Positions 21,704-31,845 of a stretch of 64,000 nucleotides of DNA are shown one piece after another. Numbering within the stretch: position 1 is the first letter of the stretch; every line of letters starts with the position of its first letter. Location of the stretch: positions 1,651 to 65,650 of the forward strand of contig JAJYIR010000013.1 of the NCBI GenBank assembly GCA_021789935.1, in the 5' to 3' direction. The position numbers were made by a program, and so were the translations under genes. A model generated the notes under the pieces. It was given only the letters and a program-made list of their open reading frames with translations. It searched no databases and was not told the origin of the DNA. Origin of the DNA: Nitrospirota bacterium (GTDB lineage: Bacteria; Nitrospirota; Thermodesulfovibrionia; Thermodesulfovibrionales; JdFR-88).

Positions 21704-24188
21704 CAGATATATCGTGATCCATACGCACATGTATCAGCCGCCGAGGGAAAATCCATGGCTGGAGGCCATAGAGATCCAGGACAGCGCCAGCCCCTACCAC
21801 GACTGGAACCGGCGTGTTACGGCCGAATGCTACGCGGCAAACGCATATGCGAGGATATTGGACGGCCAGGGAAAGATAAGCCGCATAGTGAACAACTATA
21901 AAGATATCAGCTTCAACTTCGGCCCCACTTTGCTTAGCTGGCTGGAGGAATTCTCAAGACCCGTCTATGAAGCCATAATCGAAGCGGACAGGCTGAGCAT
22001 AAAAAAACATTCCGGGCATGGAAACGCGATCGCCCAGTGCTACAACCATATGATCATGCCGCTTGCCTCCAGGCGGGACAAGATTACCCAGGTAGTCTGG
22101 GGCATTGAGGATTTCAGGCGGCGTTTTTCAAGGGACCCCGAGGGGATGTGGCTGCCGGAGACCGCCGTGGATACGGGAACACTGGAGATACTTGCCGGGC
22201 AGGGCATCAAATTTACGATACTCGCTCCGGGGCAGGCCCACCTGGTCAGGGCCCCCGGGAAGGATGAATGGGCCCATATTGACGAACAGTCCGTGGATAC
22301 AAAAATGCCCTACTTCATAAAGTTGTCTTCCGGGGCGCAGATCGCGGTATTTTTCTATAACGGTCCGGTCTCAAGGGGGGTGGCTTTCGAGGGGCTTCTG
22401 AAAAGCGGCGTCCTGCTGGCTGAGAGGCTTACGCAGATATTCTCCGGGGAGCAGCGGCCTCAATTGGCCCATATCGCCACGGACGGTGAGTCCTACGGGC
22501 ACCATAGCCAGTTTGGCGACATGGCCCTTGCCTATTGCATTCACCATATAAAGGAAAACAAACTGGCAAAGGTGGTCAATTACGGGGAGTTCCTGGAGAA
22601 ACACCCGCCCCAGTGGGAGGTCCGGATAAAAGAGAACACCTCCTGGAGCTGTTCCCACGGGGTGGAGCGGTGGCGCTCCGATTGCGGCTGTTCTACCGGC
22701 GGGCATACCGGGTGGGACCAGAAGTGGAGAGGGCCGCTGAGGAAGTCCCTGGATTGGCTTGCCGGGCGGCTGGCAGAGGTTTTTGAAAAACAGGCAAAGG
22801 ATTTTTTTAAAGACCCATGGAGGGTGAGGGACGGTTACATAAAAGTGGTCCTGGACCGCTCGGAAGAAAATGTTTCCAGGTTCCTGGACATGCACGCTCC
22901 AGAAAAATTGACAGCCTTGCAGCGGGTGGTCGCCATGAAACTCTTGGAGATGCAAAGGCACGCGATGCTGATGTTTACAAGTTGCGGCTGGTTTTTTGAT
23001 GACATCTCGGGGATCGAGGCCCTTCAGGTGCTTCAATATGTGTGCAGAGCCCTGCAGCTTTGCAGGGAACTCCAGGGAGAGGACCTTGAGGGACATTTCC
23101 TTCAGTTGCTTTCAAAGGCGCACAGCAACATAAAAGAGCTGGGAGACGGGGCGGCCATATACAATGGACAGGTAAAGATCAAAGCTCTGGACCTTGGCAA
23201 AGTCGCCGTGCATTATGCCATAAGCTCTCTGTTTGAAGACTATGCAAGGCAGCAGGACCTTTACTGTTATGAAGTGACCATGCTGGATTATGAATTTTTT
23301 GTTTCTCCGGGGCCTGACGCGGTTTTTTCTTCCGAAAGAGGCCCGGCGGGCAAATTGGCCATTGGAAGGATAAATGTGCGTTCACGGATAACCGGGGAGG
23401 ACGGGGCGGTAAACGGCAGCAACGGTATCTGGCAGTTCGCGGTCCTCCAAAAAAGCGGACATGAGATAATCTGCGGACTTTCCCGCGACGGCTCCGGCCG
23501 GGAGTATGGAGCGTTCGGAAAAACCATGAGAGACTTTTTTTCAAAGGGGGCCGGCCCGGAGGCTTTTCAGCGGGTGGACAAATTCACATCCGGAGTCTAT
23601 TCGATAAGGGACCTCTTCCTGGATGAGCAGAGAAAGGTCCTTGAAGCCGCGGTCCGGGAGACCCTGGAAGAATCCATGCTTCATTATGCGCAGATATACG
23701 AGAGGGACCGTTTCCTGATGGGACTTTTGAAGGATTTCAAGGCGCCCATACCCAGACCGTTTCTGGCCGCGGCCGAATTGTCCCTGGCTTCGGAGATCGC
23801 AAAAGCGATCAGGGAGGAGCCGGTAAACATGGAGAAGGCCGGGGCGCTTCGCGATGAGCTTGCGGGCTGGGGGCTGGAGCCGGGCCGGGAGCTTGAACCC
23901 GTTTTGAAGGAAAGATTCACATCGCTTTTTTCTTCCCTTGGCGTGGAGAAGGGGATTGAATATTTAAAGGGATTGAGGGCGCTTGTTAAATTCACCTCCA
24001 CACTGCCTTTCCGGATAAATCTGTGGGCCGCACAAAACTCATACTGGGAATTGGGGCATACCCTATATAAAAAAATGAGCGCCGGTGAAATGGGGGAACA
24101 CGGGGAAAACTGGGTCGAAGAGTTCAGGGGGCTTGGAGAGGACCTTTACTTCAACGCCGGTGATGCGCTGCAGAGATTTCTGAAATAA
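21696..24188 (+). CDS. glycoside hydrolase family 57 protein with a DUF3536-type C-terminal domain
   Basis: IHTHMYQPPRENPW N-terminus. GH57 nucleophile region MWLPETAVD and acid/base region IATDGESYGHH. A long C-terminal extension. The TTG start overlaps the treZ stop. Confidence 0.85.
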   Translation: MDNRYIVIHTHMYQPPRENPWLEAIEIQDSASPYHDWNRRVTAECYAANAYARILDGQGKISRIVNNYKDISFNFGPTLLSWLEEFSRPVYEAIIEADRLSIKKHSGHGNAIAQCYNHMIMPLASRRDKITQVVWGIEDFRRRFSRDPEGMWLPETAVDTGTLEILAGQGIKFTILAPGQAHLVRAPGKDEWAHIDEQSVDTKMPYFIKLSSGAQIAVFFYNGPVSRGVAFEGLLKSGVLLAERLTQIFSGEQRPQLAHIATDGESYGHHSQFGDMALAYCIHHIKENKLAKVVNYGEFLEKHPPQWEVRIKENTSWSCSHGVERWRSDCGCSTGGHTGWDQKWRGPLRKSLDWLAGRLAEVFEKQAKDFFKDPWRVRDGYIKVVLDRSEENVSRFLDMHAPEKLTALQRVVAMKLLEMQRHAMLMFTSCGWFFDDISGIEALQVLQYVCRALQLCRELQGEDLEGHFLQLLSKAHSNIKELGDGAAIYNGQVKIKALDLGKVAVHYAISSLFEDYARQQDLYCYEVTMLDYEFFVSPGPDAVFSSERGPAGKLAIGRINVRSRITGEDGAVNGSNGIWQFAVLQKSGHEIICGLSRDGSGREYGAFGKTMRDFFSKGAGPEAFQRVDKFTSGVYSIRDLFLDEQRKVLEAAVRETLEESMLHYAQIYERDRFLMGLLKDFKAPIPRPFLAAAELSLASEIAKAIREEPVNMEKAGALRDELAGWGLEPGRELEPVLKERFTSLFSSLGVEKGIEYLKGLRALVKFTSTLPFRINLWAAQNSYWELGHTLYKKMSAGEMGEHGENWVEEFRGLGEDLYFNAGDALQRFLK

Positions 24189-24216
24189 AAAACAAATCGG
24201 TGTAATCAGCAATTAA

Positions 24217-27200
24217 ATGCCCGGAGAAAACGGGGCCGGGCAGGCGGGAAAAATGCCCCGGGGGGCCATGCAGGCAGAAACAACAGAAACAGAAACAACA
24301 AAAACGAAAACACTGAGGATACCGGTAAGCACCTACAGGCTGCAGTTCAATCGGCTGCTGCCCTTCAGCCAGGCGCTCCGGATAATCCCATACCTGCATG
24401 AGCTGGGAATAACCGATATCTATTCTTCTCCCCATTTCAAGTCCGCCCCCGGCAGCCTCCATGGGTATGACATTGTCCGGTATGACCAGCTTAACCCTGA
24501 GGTCGGGACGCTGGAGGAATACGGGTTGTTCACGGATGAGCTTTCCAGGCACGGGATGGGCCAGGTGCAGGATATCGTGCCAAACCACATGTGCATTCTT
24601 GGCGACAACCCTTGGTGGCAGAGCGTCCTTGAGAATGGGCAGAGCTCCCTTTACGCCTCTTTTTTTGACATTGACTGGTCCGCTCCCCTGGAGACGCTCA
24701 GGGACAAGGTCCTTCTCCCCATCCTCGGAGATCAGTACGGGAAGACGCTTGAAATAGGGGAGATACAGCTCAGTTTCAGGCAAGGCGGATTTTTCCTCAC
24801 CTGCTGCGGAAATCTTTTGCCCATAAAGCCCCGCTCCTACGAGATCATACTCAGATACGGGCTGGAGGAGCTTGAAAAGGACATCCGGGGGGGCGAGCAT
24901 TACGAGGAGTTGATGAGCGTGCTCACCGCTGCCGGGCGCATGCCGGAGATACCAGAGAGGGACCTGGAGAAAAAGCGGGAGAGAGACCTGGAAAAAGAAA
25001 TCGTAAAACGCAGGCTTTGGTCACTATATGAATCTTCCCCCGGCGTGAGGGCGTTCATAGACGGCAATGTGAAGACGTTCAACGGCGTCAAGGGCGATCC
25101 CAGGAGCTTCGACCTGCTGGACGGGCTTATCTCCAAACAGGCATACAGGTTGTCTTCCTGGGTTGTGGCGACCGACGAGATAAATTACCGCAGGTTCTTT
25201 GACATAAACCAGCTTGCGGCGATCAGGCCGGAACTCCCGGATGTCTTTGATGAAAGCCACCGGCTCATATTCAAGTTCATAAAACAGGGCAGGATCACGG
25301 GATTGAGGGTGGACCACCTGGATGGCCTTTATAACCCTGCCGAGTACCTTCGCAACCTTCAGGAGGAATCCGTTCGTGCCTCCCTGCCAGAGGAAGAGGC
25401 GCAGGGCGGGAAGGCGGACCTGAAGGCGGGACTCAACCAAAAACCTCCGCTTGTCCCCTTCTACATAGTGGGCGAAAAGATACTTTTGAAGGGTGAGCGG
25501 GTGCCTGAAGACTGGCCCATATGCGGGACCACGGGATACGATTTCATGAATTCCCTGAACGGGGTTTTCATTAGGCCGGAGAGCGCACGGCAGATGGACG
25601 AGATATATTCCCGGTTCATAGGGGGAAAGCTCAATTTCGCGGCCATGGCATATCACTCAAAAAAGCTTGTTGTGGCCTCCTCGATGTCGGGCGAGATAAA
25701 CGTGCTGGGCCACCGGCTGTACATGCTCGCGCAAAAATCCAGGTACACGCGGGACTTCACCCTGCTTAGCCTTACAAGGGCGCTTGAGGAGGTGATGGCC
25801 TGCTTCCCGGTCTACCGGACCTACATAAGCGCCTCGGGCGTGGGCGAAAGGGACCGCAGGTATATAGAGCAGGCCGTTAAGAAGGCCCAGAGGATGAACA
25901 CGTCCATAAGCGCCCAGACATTCGAGTTCATAAAGCGGGTGCTGGTCCTTGAATACGGGTTGGAGCTTTCGGCCGACGACAAGGGGGAGTGGCTGGATTT
26001 CGTTATGAAGTTCCAGCAGCAGACCGGGCCCATCATGGCAAAGGGGCTTGAAGATACGGCTTTCTATACATTTAACCGGCTGCTTTCCCTGAATGAGGTG
26101 GGCGGCTCTCCGGACCGCTTCGGTGCTCCCCTTGAAGCTTTTCACGGACAAAATATCGAGAGGAACAAATACTGGCCCTTCGCCATGACAGCCACATCCA
26201 CCCACGATTCAAAAAGGAGCGAGGACGTGCGTGCCAGGCTTAATGTGCTTACAGAGATGCCTCGGGCGTGGCACAAGGCCCTGCTTAAATGGAAGAGGAT
26301 CAATAAAGGGAAAAAACCGGTCCTGGACAAGCCGGTGCCGGGCCCGAACGAGGAGTACCACCTTTACCAGGTGCTGCTTGGCGTATGGCCCCGGGAAGGG
26401 TTTTTTTTGAATGACCAGGAACGGGAGTCCTTCACGGAGAGGATAAAGCAGTATATGCTTAAGGCTGCAAGGGAGGCCAAGGTCAACACGAGCTGGATAA
26501 ACCCCGAGAAGGATTATGAGGAAGCCCTGTTGTCATTTATAGAGCGGATATTGCGGCCCATGAAAAAAAATAAAACCCCTTTTCTAAGGGAGTTTGCTCC
26601 GTTTGCGAACATGGTCTCCAACTACGGGCTGCTCAATTCACTTTCGCAGGCGCTCCTTAAAATAGCAAGCCCGGGCGTCCCTGATTTCTACCAGGGGACG
26701 GAACTATGGGTGTTTTCCCTCGTGGACCCGGACAACCGGCGGGAAGTGGACTATGAGGCAAGGCTGCGACTGCTGAATGAACTCAAGTCCATGGAGGCCT
26801 CCATGGACAGGCACCTGCTCTGCGCTGAACTGCTTAAAAGATTGGACGACCCGAGGACAAAGCTCTATGTCACATGGAAGGCCCTTCAGTTCAGGAAAAA
26901 GTTCAAAGAGGTGTTTGTGGGGGGGGACTACACTCCCCTGGAACCGGAAGGGCTGAAGAAAGAGCACCTGTGCGTTTTTCTGAGGAAAAGCGGCCTAAAA
27001 ACGGCGCTTGCCTGCGCTCCAAGGTTTTTTGCCGGACTTGTACCCCCGGGCTCCGTCCCTGCCGGAGAAACCATCTGGAACGGCACCCATATAACGCTGC
27101 CCGCCCCCGGGCGGTTCAAGGACGTCTTTACGGACAGGGTCGTGGAGACCTCGGAAGAAGGCGGCAGGTTCTTTATCCCGGTTGGAGAGCTTTTAAGCGG

Positions 27201-27243
27201 GTTTCCACTTTTTTTGGCAGAGGAATTGGTGCCGTATGAATAA
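24217..27243 (+). CDS. treY: malto-oligosyltrehalose synthase
   Basis: STYRLQFN..., DIVPNHM, GLRVDHLDGL, STHDSKRSEDVR. The exact start is uncertain (24217, 24252 or 24268) because of an N-terminal ETTETETTKTKT low-complexity tract. Confidence 0.9.
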   Translation: MPGENGAGQAGKMPRGAMQAETTETETTKTKTLRIPVSTYRLQFNRLLPFSQALRIIPYLHELGITDIYSSPHFKSAPGSLHGYDIVRYDQLNPEVGTLEEYGLFTDELSRHGMGQVQDIVPNHMCILGDNPWWQSVLENGQSSLYASFFDIDWSAPLETLRDKVLLPILGDQYGKTLEIGEIQLSFRQGGFFLTCCGNLLPIKPRSYEIILRYGLEELEKDIRGGEHYEELMSVLTAAGRMPEIPERDLEKKRERDLEKEIVKRRLWSLYESSPGVRAFIDGNVKTFNGVKGDPRSFDLLDGLISKQAYRLSSWVVATDEINYRRFFDINQLAAIRPELPDVFDESHRLIFKFIKQGRITGLRVDHLDGLYNPAEYLRNLQEESVRASLPEEEAQGGKADLKAGLNQKPPLVPFYIVGEKILLKGERVPEDWPICGTTGYDFMNSLNGVFIRPESARQMDEIYSRFIGGKLNFAAMAYHSKKLVVASSMSGEINVLGHRLYMLAQKSRYTRDFTLLSLTRALEEVMACFPVYRTYISASGVGERDRRYIEQAVKKAQRMNTSISAQTFEFIKRVLVLEYGLELSADDKGEWLDFVMKFQQQTGPIMAKGLEDTAFYTFNRLLSLNEVGGSPDRFGAPLEAFHGQNIERNKYWPFAMTATSTHDSKRSEDVRARLNVLTEMPRAWHKALLKWKRINKGKKPVLDKPVPGPNEEYHLYQVLLGVWPREGFFLNDQERESFTERIKQYMLKAAREAKVNTSWINPEKDYEEALLSFIERILRPMKKNKTPFLREFAPFANMVSNYGLLNSLSQALLKIASPGVPDFYQGTELWVFSLVDPDNRREVDYEARLRLLNELKSMEASMDRHLLCAELLKRLDDPRTKLYVTWKALQFRKKFKEVFVGGDYTPLEPEGLKKEHLCVFLRKSGLKTALACAPRFFAGLVPPGSVPAGETIWNGTHITLPAPGRFKDVFTDRVVETSEEGGRFFIPVGELLSGFPLFLAEELVPYE

Positions 27244-27269
27244 AAAAGCAGAAGGAGAGGATTTTTGAT

Positions 27270-29375
27270 TTGGACGAGCAGCTGATAAACGAGCTTGCGA
27301 AGACCATGGGCATAATGCCTGATTTTTATGATATATGGGGAAACCGGCACGACATAACCATTGAGACCAAAACGGGCGTGCTAAGGGCCATGGGCCTTCC
27401 AGTGGAGGACGAAGATGCCCTGAGGGTGTTATTGGAAAAAAGGCTCGAACCGGCGGTGCTGGAGCCTTCGGTCGCCGCGGAAAAGAATTCGGTTTTCAAG
27501 GTGTACGTCTGCCTTCCCTCATGCCTTGGCCGGACCCCTATCCGCATATTTCTTGAAGACGAGAAAAAGGACGTGCGGAATTGGTCCGTCAGGGAAGCCC
27601 CCGAAGAAGTCCTCGAGTTCAGGGGCCGTAAATACGGAAAATATCCCGTGGAGATCGGACCCCTCCCACAGGGTTATTACACTCTTTCCATCCACGCCCC
27701 TGGCAGGATAAGGGCCAGGTCCCGGTTGATAGTAGCGCCGCGGACATGCTACCTGCCGGAGGAATACATGAAATCCTGGGGCATCAACCTTGCCCTTCAT
27801 GAGATACGTTCAGGCGGCAACTGGGGAATCGGGGATTTCAGGGACCTGGGTTTCATAATGGACGTGGTGGCCGGGCTGGGTGGTGATTTTGCCGGTGTGC
27901 TTCCCCTGCATCAAATCCCGCTTCCCGAAAGCGTCAGCCCTTATTGGCCCTTAAGCAGGCTTTACCGCAATTTCATCTTCCTTGACTTGGAGGGCGTGCC
28001 GGAATTCAATGCCGCAGGCAGGGGCGGCCTGCAAAAAGAGATAGATGCCCTCATGGGGGCCCGGCACGTGGATTATGGCGGCGTGCATGCGCTTAAGCTG
28101 CGGATTCTTAAAGAGATGTTTGCCCGTTTTCGCAATGAGCATTATCCGGCCCGCACCGAAAGGGGACAGGCCTTTGAGGCCTTTATGGAAAAAGAGGGGG
28201 GCGCTCTGCTGGGCTACGCCACCTTCATGGCCCTGAGTGAGGTCCACGGGACGAACTGGAAGAATTGGCCTCGGGAGCTGAAAGACCCCCGCGGCGGCCC
28301 GGTGAAGGATTTCAGGCAGCAAAACATTGGAGCGGTGCTTTTTCATGTCTATGTCCAATGGCTCATAGACAGCCAGCTTGAAAACCTGTCCAAACGGGCC
28401 GCCAGAAACGGCATGCGCTCCGGCCTTTACCTGGACCAGGCCATAGGCACGGTCTCAGGTGGGGCCGACGATTGGATATATGGGGAATGCTTCGCCATTG
28501 GGGCCAGCGCCGGCGCGCCGCCGGATGAGTTTAATATGAAGGGGCAGAACTGGGGCTTTCCCCCCATGGCGCCGTACAAGATGCGGGAGTCCGGCTTCGA
28601 GGCCTTCATAGGGACCGCCTGCAAGAACATGGAGCACGCCGGGATGCTGAGGATTGACCACGCGCTTGGGCTGTTCCGCCTTTTCTGGATACCGGAGGGG
28701 ATGGAGCCATGGCAGGGGGCCTATGTAAAATACCCCGCGGAAGAGATGATGGGAATACTGGCCATTGAAAGCAGGCGGCATAAGACGGTTATAGTTGCGG
28801 AAGACCTGGGGACCGTTGGGCCGGAGGTGCGCGAGGCCCTGATGTCCAGGAATATGCTTTCCTACAGGCTGCTTATCTATGAGAGGCTCTATCCTTCCCC
28901 GGACCTTGTGCCTCCCGGCCAGTATCCCCGGATGGCCTTCTGCGCGGTAAGCACCCATGACCTGCCTACCCTTTACGGCTGGTGGGCCGGGCATGACATG
29001 GAAGTGAAACACTCGCTGTCCCTGTACCCTTCCGGGGATTCCTACAGGGAAGACCTTGCTGCAAGGGAAAGAGACAAGGCGATAATCCTGGCCGCCTTGA
29101 AAAAGGAAGGCCTCATGCCGGATAATTATAAAATGCCCGCAAATATGAATGAGGAACTCATGCTTGCCATATACAGACATCTTGGCAGAACGCCATGCCT
29201 TTACGTTTCTGTAAGCCTTGAGGACATATTCAAATCCCTTGAACAGCCAAACCTTCCGGGAAGCCGTGATGACTATCCTAACTGGAAGATGAAGACCCCC
29301 ATGCCCATAGAAGCCATGGCCGGCCCGGCGGCGTCTTTTGCCGGGGTCTTCAGGCAGGAAGGCAGAGGGCGTTGA
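27270..29375 (+). CDS. malQ: 4-alpha-glucanotransferase (GH77, long form)
   Basis: TTG start 9 nt after GGAGAGG. Motifs: LRIDHALGLFRLFWIP, VIVAEDLGTV, STHDLPT. Confidence 0.9.
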   Translation: MDEQLINELAKTMGIMPDFYDIWGNRHDITIETKTGVLRAMGLPVEDEDALRVLLEKRLEPAVLEPSVAAEKNSVFKVYVCLPSCLGRTPIRIFLEDEKKDVRNWSVREAPEEVLEFRGRKYGKYPVEIGPLPQGYYTLSIHAPGRIRARSRLIVAPRTCYLPEEYMKSWGINLALHEIRSGGNWGIGDFRDLGFIMDVVAGLGGDFAGVLPLHQIPLPESVSPYWPLSRLYRNFIFLDLEGVPEFNAAGRGGLQKEIDALMGARHVDYGGVHALKLRILKEMFARFRNEHYPARTERGQAFEAFMEKEGGALLGYATFMALSEVHGTNWKNWPRELKDPRGGPVKDFRQQNIGAVLFHVYVQWLIDSQLENLSKRAARNGMRSGLYLDQAIGTVSGGADDWIYGECFAIGASAGAPPDEFNMKGQNWGFPPMAPYKMRESGFEAFIGTACKNMEHAGMLRIDHALGLFRLFWIPEGMEPWQGAYVKYPAEEMMGILAIESRRHKTVIVAEDLGTVGPEVREALMSRNMLSYRLLIYERLYPSPDLVPPGQYPRMAFCAVSTHDLPTLYGWWAGHDMEVKHSLSLYPSGDSYREDLAARERDKAIILAALKKEGLMPDNYKMPANMNEELMLAIYRHLGRTPCLYVSVSLEDIFKSLEQPNLPGSRDDYPNWKMKTPMPIEAMAGPAASFAGVFRQEGRGR

Positions 29376-30169
29376 TACCATATCCGCGTATCAGTCCCAC
29401 AATAGTAAGGCTGGGCCCGCTTGCAATAAGGTGGTATGGGCTCATGTACATCATGGGTTTCATCACCTCCTGGTTTCTTTTTAATTACCAGGCAGGGAAG
29501 AAGAAGATCAAGGGGCTGACGGAGCAGGTCGTGGAGAGCTTCTATTTCTGGATCATCGTGGCGCTGGTATTGGGAGCAAGGCTCGGGTATGTGCTGTTTT
29601 ATAACCTGGGCTACTACATGCAAAATCCTTTAAGGGTATTTGCGGTGTGGCAGGGGGGGATGTCCTTTCACGGCGGCCTTATCGGGCTTGTAATCGCGGG
29701 CGTTCTTTTTTGCAGGAAACACAAGCTGGATTTCTGGAAGGTGGCCGACATGCTGGTTGCGACCGTGCCTCCCGGCCTGGGCTTCGGAAGGCTCGGCAAT
29801 TTCATAAACGGCGAGCTCTTCGGACGGCCTTCAAACGTGCCATGGGCCATGGTTTTTCCTCAGGGAGGGGACATACCGCGTCATCCCTCAGAGCTCTACG
29901 AGTTTTTTTTCGAGGGGGTAGTGCTTTTCATTATCCTGTGGGTATTGAAAGACAGGATCAAAAAAAGCGGGATGCTCCTTGCGGCCTTCCTTATACTGTA
30001 CGGGCTGATCAGGTTCACCCTGGAGTTTTTCAGGCAGCCCGACCCTCAGCTTGGCTTCGTGGCGGGCCCCTTCACGATGGGGCAGGTCCTCAGTTCCGCA
30101 ATGGTGCTGGCCGGCATTTTGCTCGCCCTCTGGCGCGGCAAGGCCGCAAAAACAGAAAAAACCTCATAA
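29372..30169 (+). CDS. lgt: prolipoprotein diacylglyceryl transferase
   Basis: TTG start overlapping the malQ stop. Motifs: GPLAIRWYGLMY, SFHGGLIG, GRLGNFINGELFGRP. Confidence 0.92.
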   Translation: MIPYPRISPTIVRLGPLAIRWYGLMYIMGFITSWFLFNYQAGKKKIKGLTEQVVESFYFWIIVALVLGARLGYVLFYNLGYYMQNPLRVFAVWQGGMSFHGGLIGLVIAGVLFCRKHKLDFWKVADMLVATVPPGLGFGRLGNFINGELFGRPSNVPWAMVFPQGGDIPRHPSELYEFFFEGVVLFIILWVLKDRIKKSGMLLAAFLILYGLIRFTLEFFRQPDPQLGFVAGPFTMGQVLSSAMVLAGILLALWRGKAAKTEKTS

Positions 30170-30258
30170 TTTTTTCATCTTGTCTTCTAATTTTCTTCAA
30201 ATTTGGGATTTATACTATATTCATAAAACAAGGGAAAAACAAAAACATTCCCCCCCCT

Positions 30259-30309
30259 CCAAAAAGGAAAGGGCCGTTTTTTTAAAAAAAACGGCCCTTT
30301 CCTTTTTGG
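30259..30309. terminator. 51-bp near-perfect palindrome, a likely bidirectional terminator between lgt and leuB
   Basis: CCAAAAAGGAAAGGGCCG-T7A8-CGGCCCTTTCCTTTTTGG, with T-rich sequence downstream on both strands. Confidence 0.65.
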
Positions 30310-30490
30310 ATTTTTTGCCTTTTGCTTTTGCTTTTGTTTTTTATTCCCCCGGGAAGGGAAATCGGGGCGATTTCAAAACGGCCGGGAGGACCTGAAAAAA
30401 ACACAATCCCATCAATTTTTCCAAATAATTTCTTCATAATTCGCTGTTATATTTAAAACATAAAGAAAATCAGTTCCCCCTGGTTTTCGG

Positions 30491-30518
30491 GGCCGGCGCA
30501 AAGTCCGGCCTTTTTTTT
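30491..30518 (+). terminator. orphan plus-strand intrinsic terminator
   Basis: GGCCGG-CGCAAAGT-CCGGCC followed by T8. There is no plus-strand ORF between it and the preceding terminator. Confidence 0.6.
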
Positions 30519-30640
30519 GCCCGGTTGTGCCGCAATTAATCCACACAATCTATTCATGCTCTCTTCAATTTTCCTTCACAGTGTTCCGGTAAATTAGAAG
30601 TATAAGAGAGCGAGCTTGGCTTTTTTCCTCCCAACCTCCG

Positions 30641-30677
30641 GCCGGGCCCTGAAATAGACAGGGTCCCGGCCTTTTTA
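30641..30677 (+). terminator. second orphan plus-strand terminator-like hairpin
   Basis: GCCGGGCCCTG-AAATAGA-CAGGGTCCCGGC (one bulge) followed by CTTTTTA. On the minus strand the downstream sequence is not T-rich. Confidence 0.5.
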
Positions 30678-30707
30678 TCCCGGCTAAAAAGGACGGCAGA
30701 ATCCCGC

Positions 30708-31778
30708 TTAAACGTTGATGCTGGAGGCCAGCTTTGCCGTGAGGTCACCTACCTCTTTCGTGCCCATGCCCATCTTGCCCGCGGCCAGGCTCTTTATATG
30801 TTTTCCAGTGACTTCCATTACGGCGGCCTCTATCGCCCTGGCGGCGTCTGCCTGGCCAAGATGCTCCAGCATCATACCCCCGGCGCTTATGGCGGCCAGC
30901 GGGTTTATGACGTTTTGGCCCTTATATTTGGGGGCCGAACCTCCGATGGGCTCGAACATGGAGACCCCGGCCGGGTTGATATTCCCCCCGGCGGCAATTC
31001 CCATTCCGCCCTGTATCATGGCGCCAAGGTCCGTTATGATGTCCCCAAACATATTGTCCGTGACCACGACATCGAACCACTCCGGGTTTTTAACAAACCA
31101 CATCGTTATGGCGTCCACGTGGGCATAGCCGGTCTTTACATCCGCGTACTCGGGCGCTATCTCATTGAATGTCCTTTCCCACAGGTCGAAGGCAAAGGTG
31201 AGCACATTTGTCTTCCCGCAGAGTGTAAGGTTTTTACGCCTGTTCCTTTTCTGCGTATATTCGAAGGCGTATCTCAAGCATCTCTCGACGCCTTTTCTGG
31301 TGTTTATGGACTCCTGTATGGCCACCTCGTCGGGCGTCCCTTTTTTAAGAGTTCCGCCTGCCCCCGTGTAAAGCCCCTCGGAGTTTTCCCTTATAACCAC
31401 CAGGTCTATATCATTCGGGCCTTTGCCCTTAAGCGGGCAGTCCACGCCGGGATAGAGTTTTATGGGGCGCAGGTTGATGTACTGGTCCAGCTTGAAGCGG
31501 AGCTCAAGGAGGATGCCTTTTTCAAGGATGCCCGGTTTTACGTCCGGGTGCCCTATGGCCCCGAGGTATATGGCATCGAATTTTCTAAGCTCATCCAGGG
31601 CGCTGCCCGGCAGGGTCTCGCCCGTTCTAAGATAGCGGTCCCCTCCAAAATCGAAGTTGGTGTACTCCAGCTTGAAGTCGAAACGGCCGGCAACGGCGTT
31701 TAAAGTCTTTATGCCTTCGGCTATTACCTCCGGGCCTGTGCCGTCTCCGGGTATCAAGGCGATTTTGTAAGATTTCAT
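30708..31778 (-). CDS. leuB: 3-isopropylmalate dehydrogenase family enzyme (LeuB; tartrate/D-malate dehydrogenase-like subtype)
   Basis: IPGDGTGPEV, VIRENSEGLY, NMFGDIITDL, GSAPKY motifs. It follows leuD. The subfamily cannot be resolved by eye. Confidence 0.8.
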   Translation of the reverse strand: MKSYKIALIPGDGTGPEVIAEGIKTLNAVAGRFDFKLEYTNFDFGGDRYLRTGETLPGSALDELRKFDAIYLGAIGHPDVKPGILEKGILLELRFKLDQYINLRPIKLYPGVDCPLKGKGPNDIDLVVIRENSEGLYTGAGGTLKKGTPDEVAIQESINTRKGVERCLRYAFEYTQKRNRRKNLTLCGKTNVLTFAFDLWERTFNEIAPEYADVKTGYAHVDAITMWFVKNPEWFDVVVTDNMFGDIITDLGAMIQGGMGIAAGGNINPAGVSMFEPIGGSAPKYKGQNVINPLAAISAGGMMLEHLGQADAARAIEAAVMEVTGKHIKSLAAGKMGMGTKEVGDLTAKLASSINV

Positions 31779-31845
31779 ATGATATCTCCTTCTGTGATAA
31801 ATAAATTAAAAAACAAAAACAAAAATAGAGTAAAAAGTAAAAGAT

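Noticed and set aside
30798-31703. Long antisense ORFs opposite well-recognised genes. Examples: 30798-31703(+) opposite leuB, 36948-37937(+), 35327-36283(+), 57776-58603(+), 11748-12719(-), 24151-24900(-), 28455-29381(-), 47018-47797(-).
   Set aside because: Each lies on the opposite strand of a gene with unmistakable family motifs. Their translations are low-complexity (Arg/Pro/Gly-rich) and they lack Shine-Dalgarno sequences. Shadow ORFs of this kind are typical of GC-rich coding DNA.
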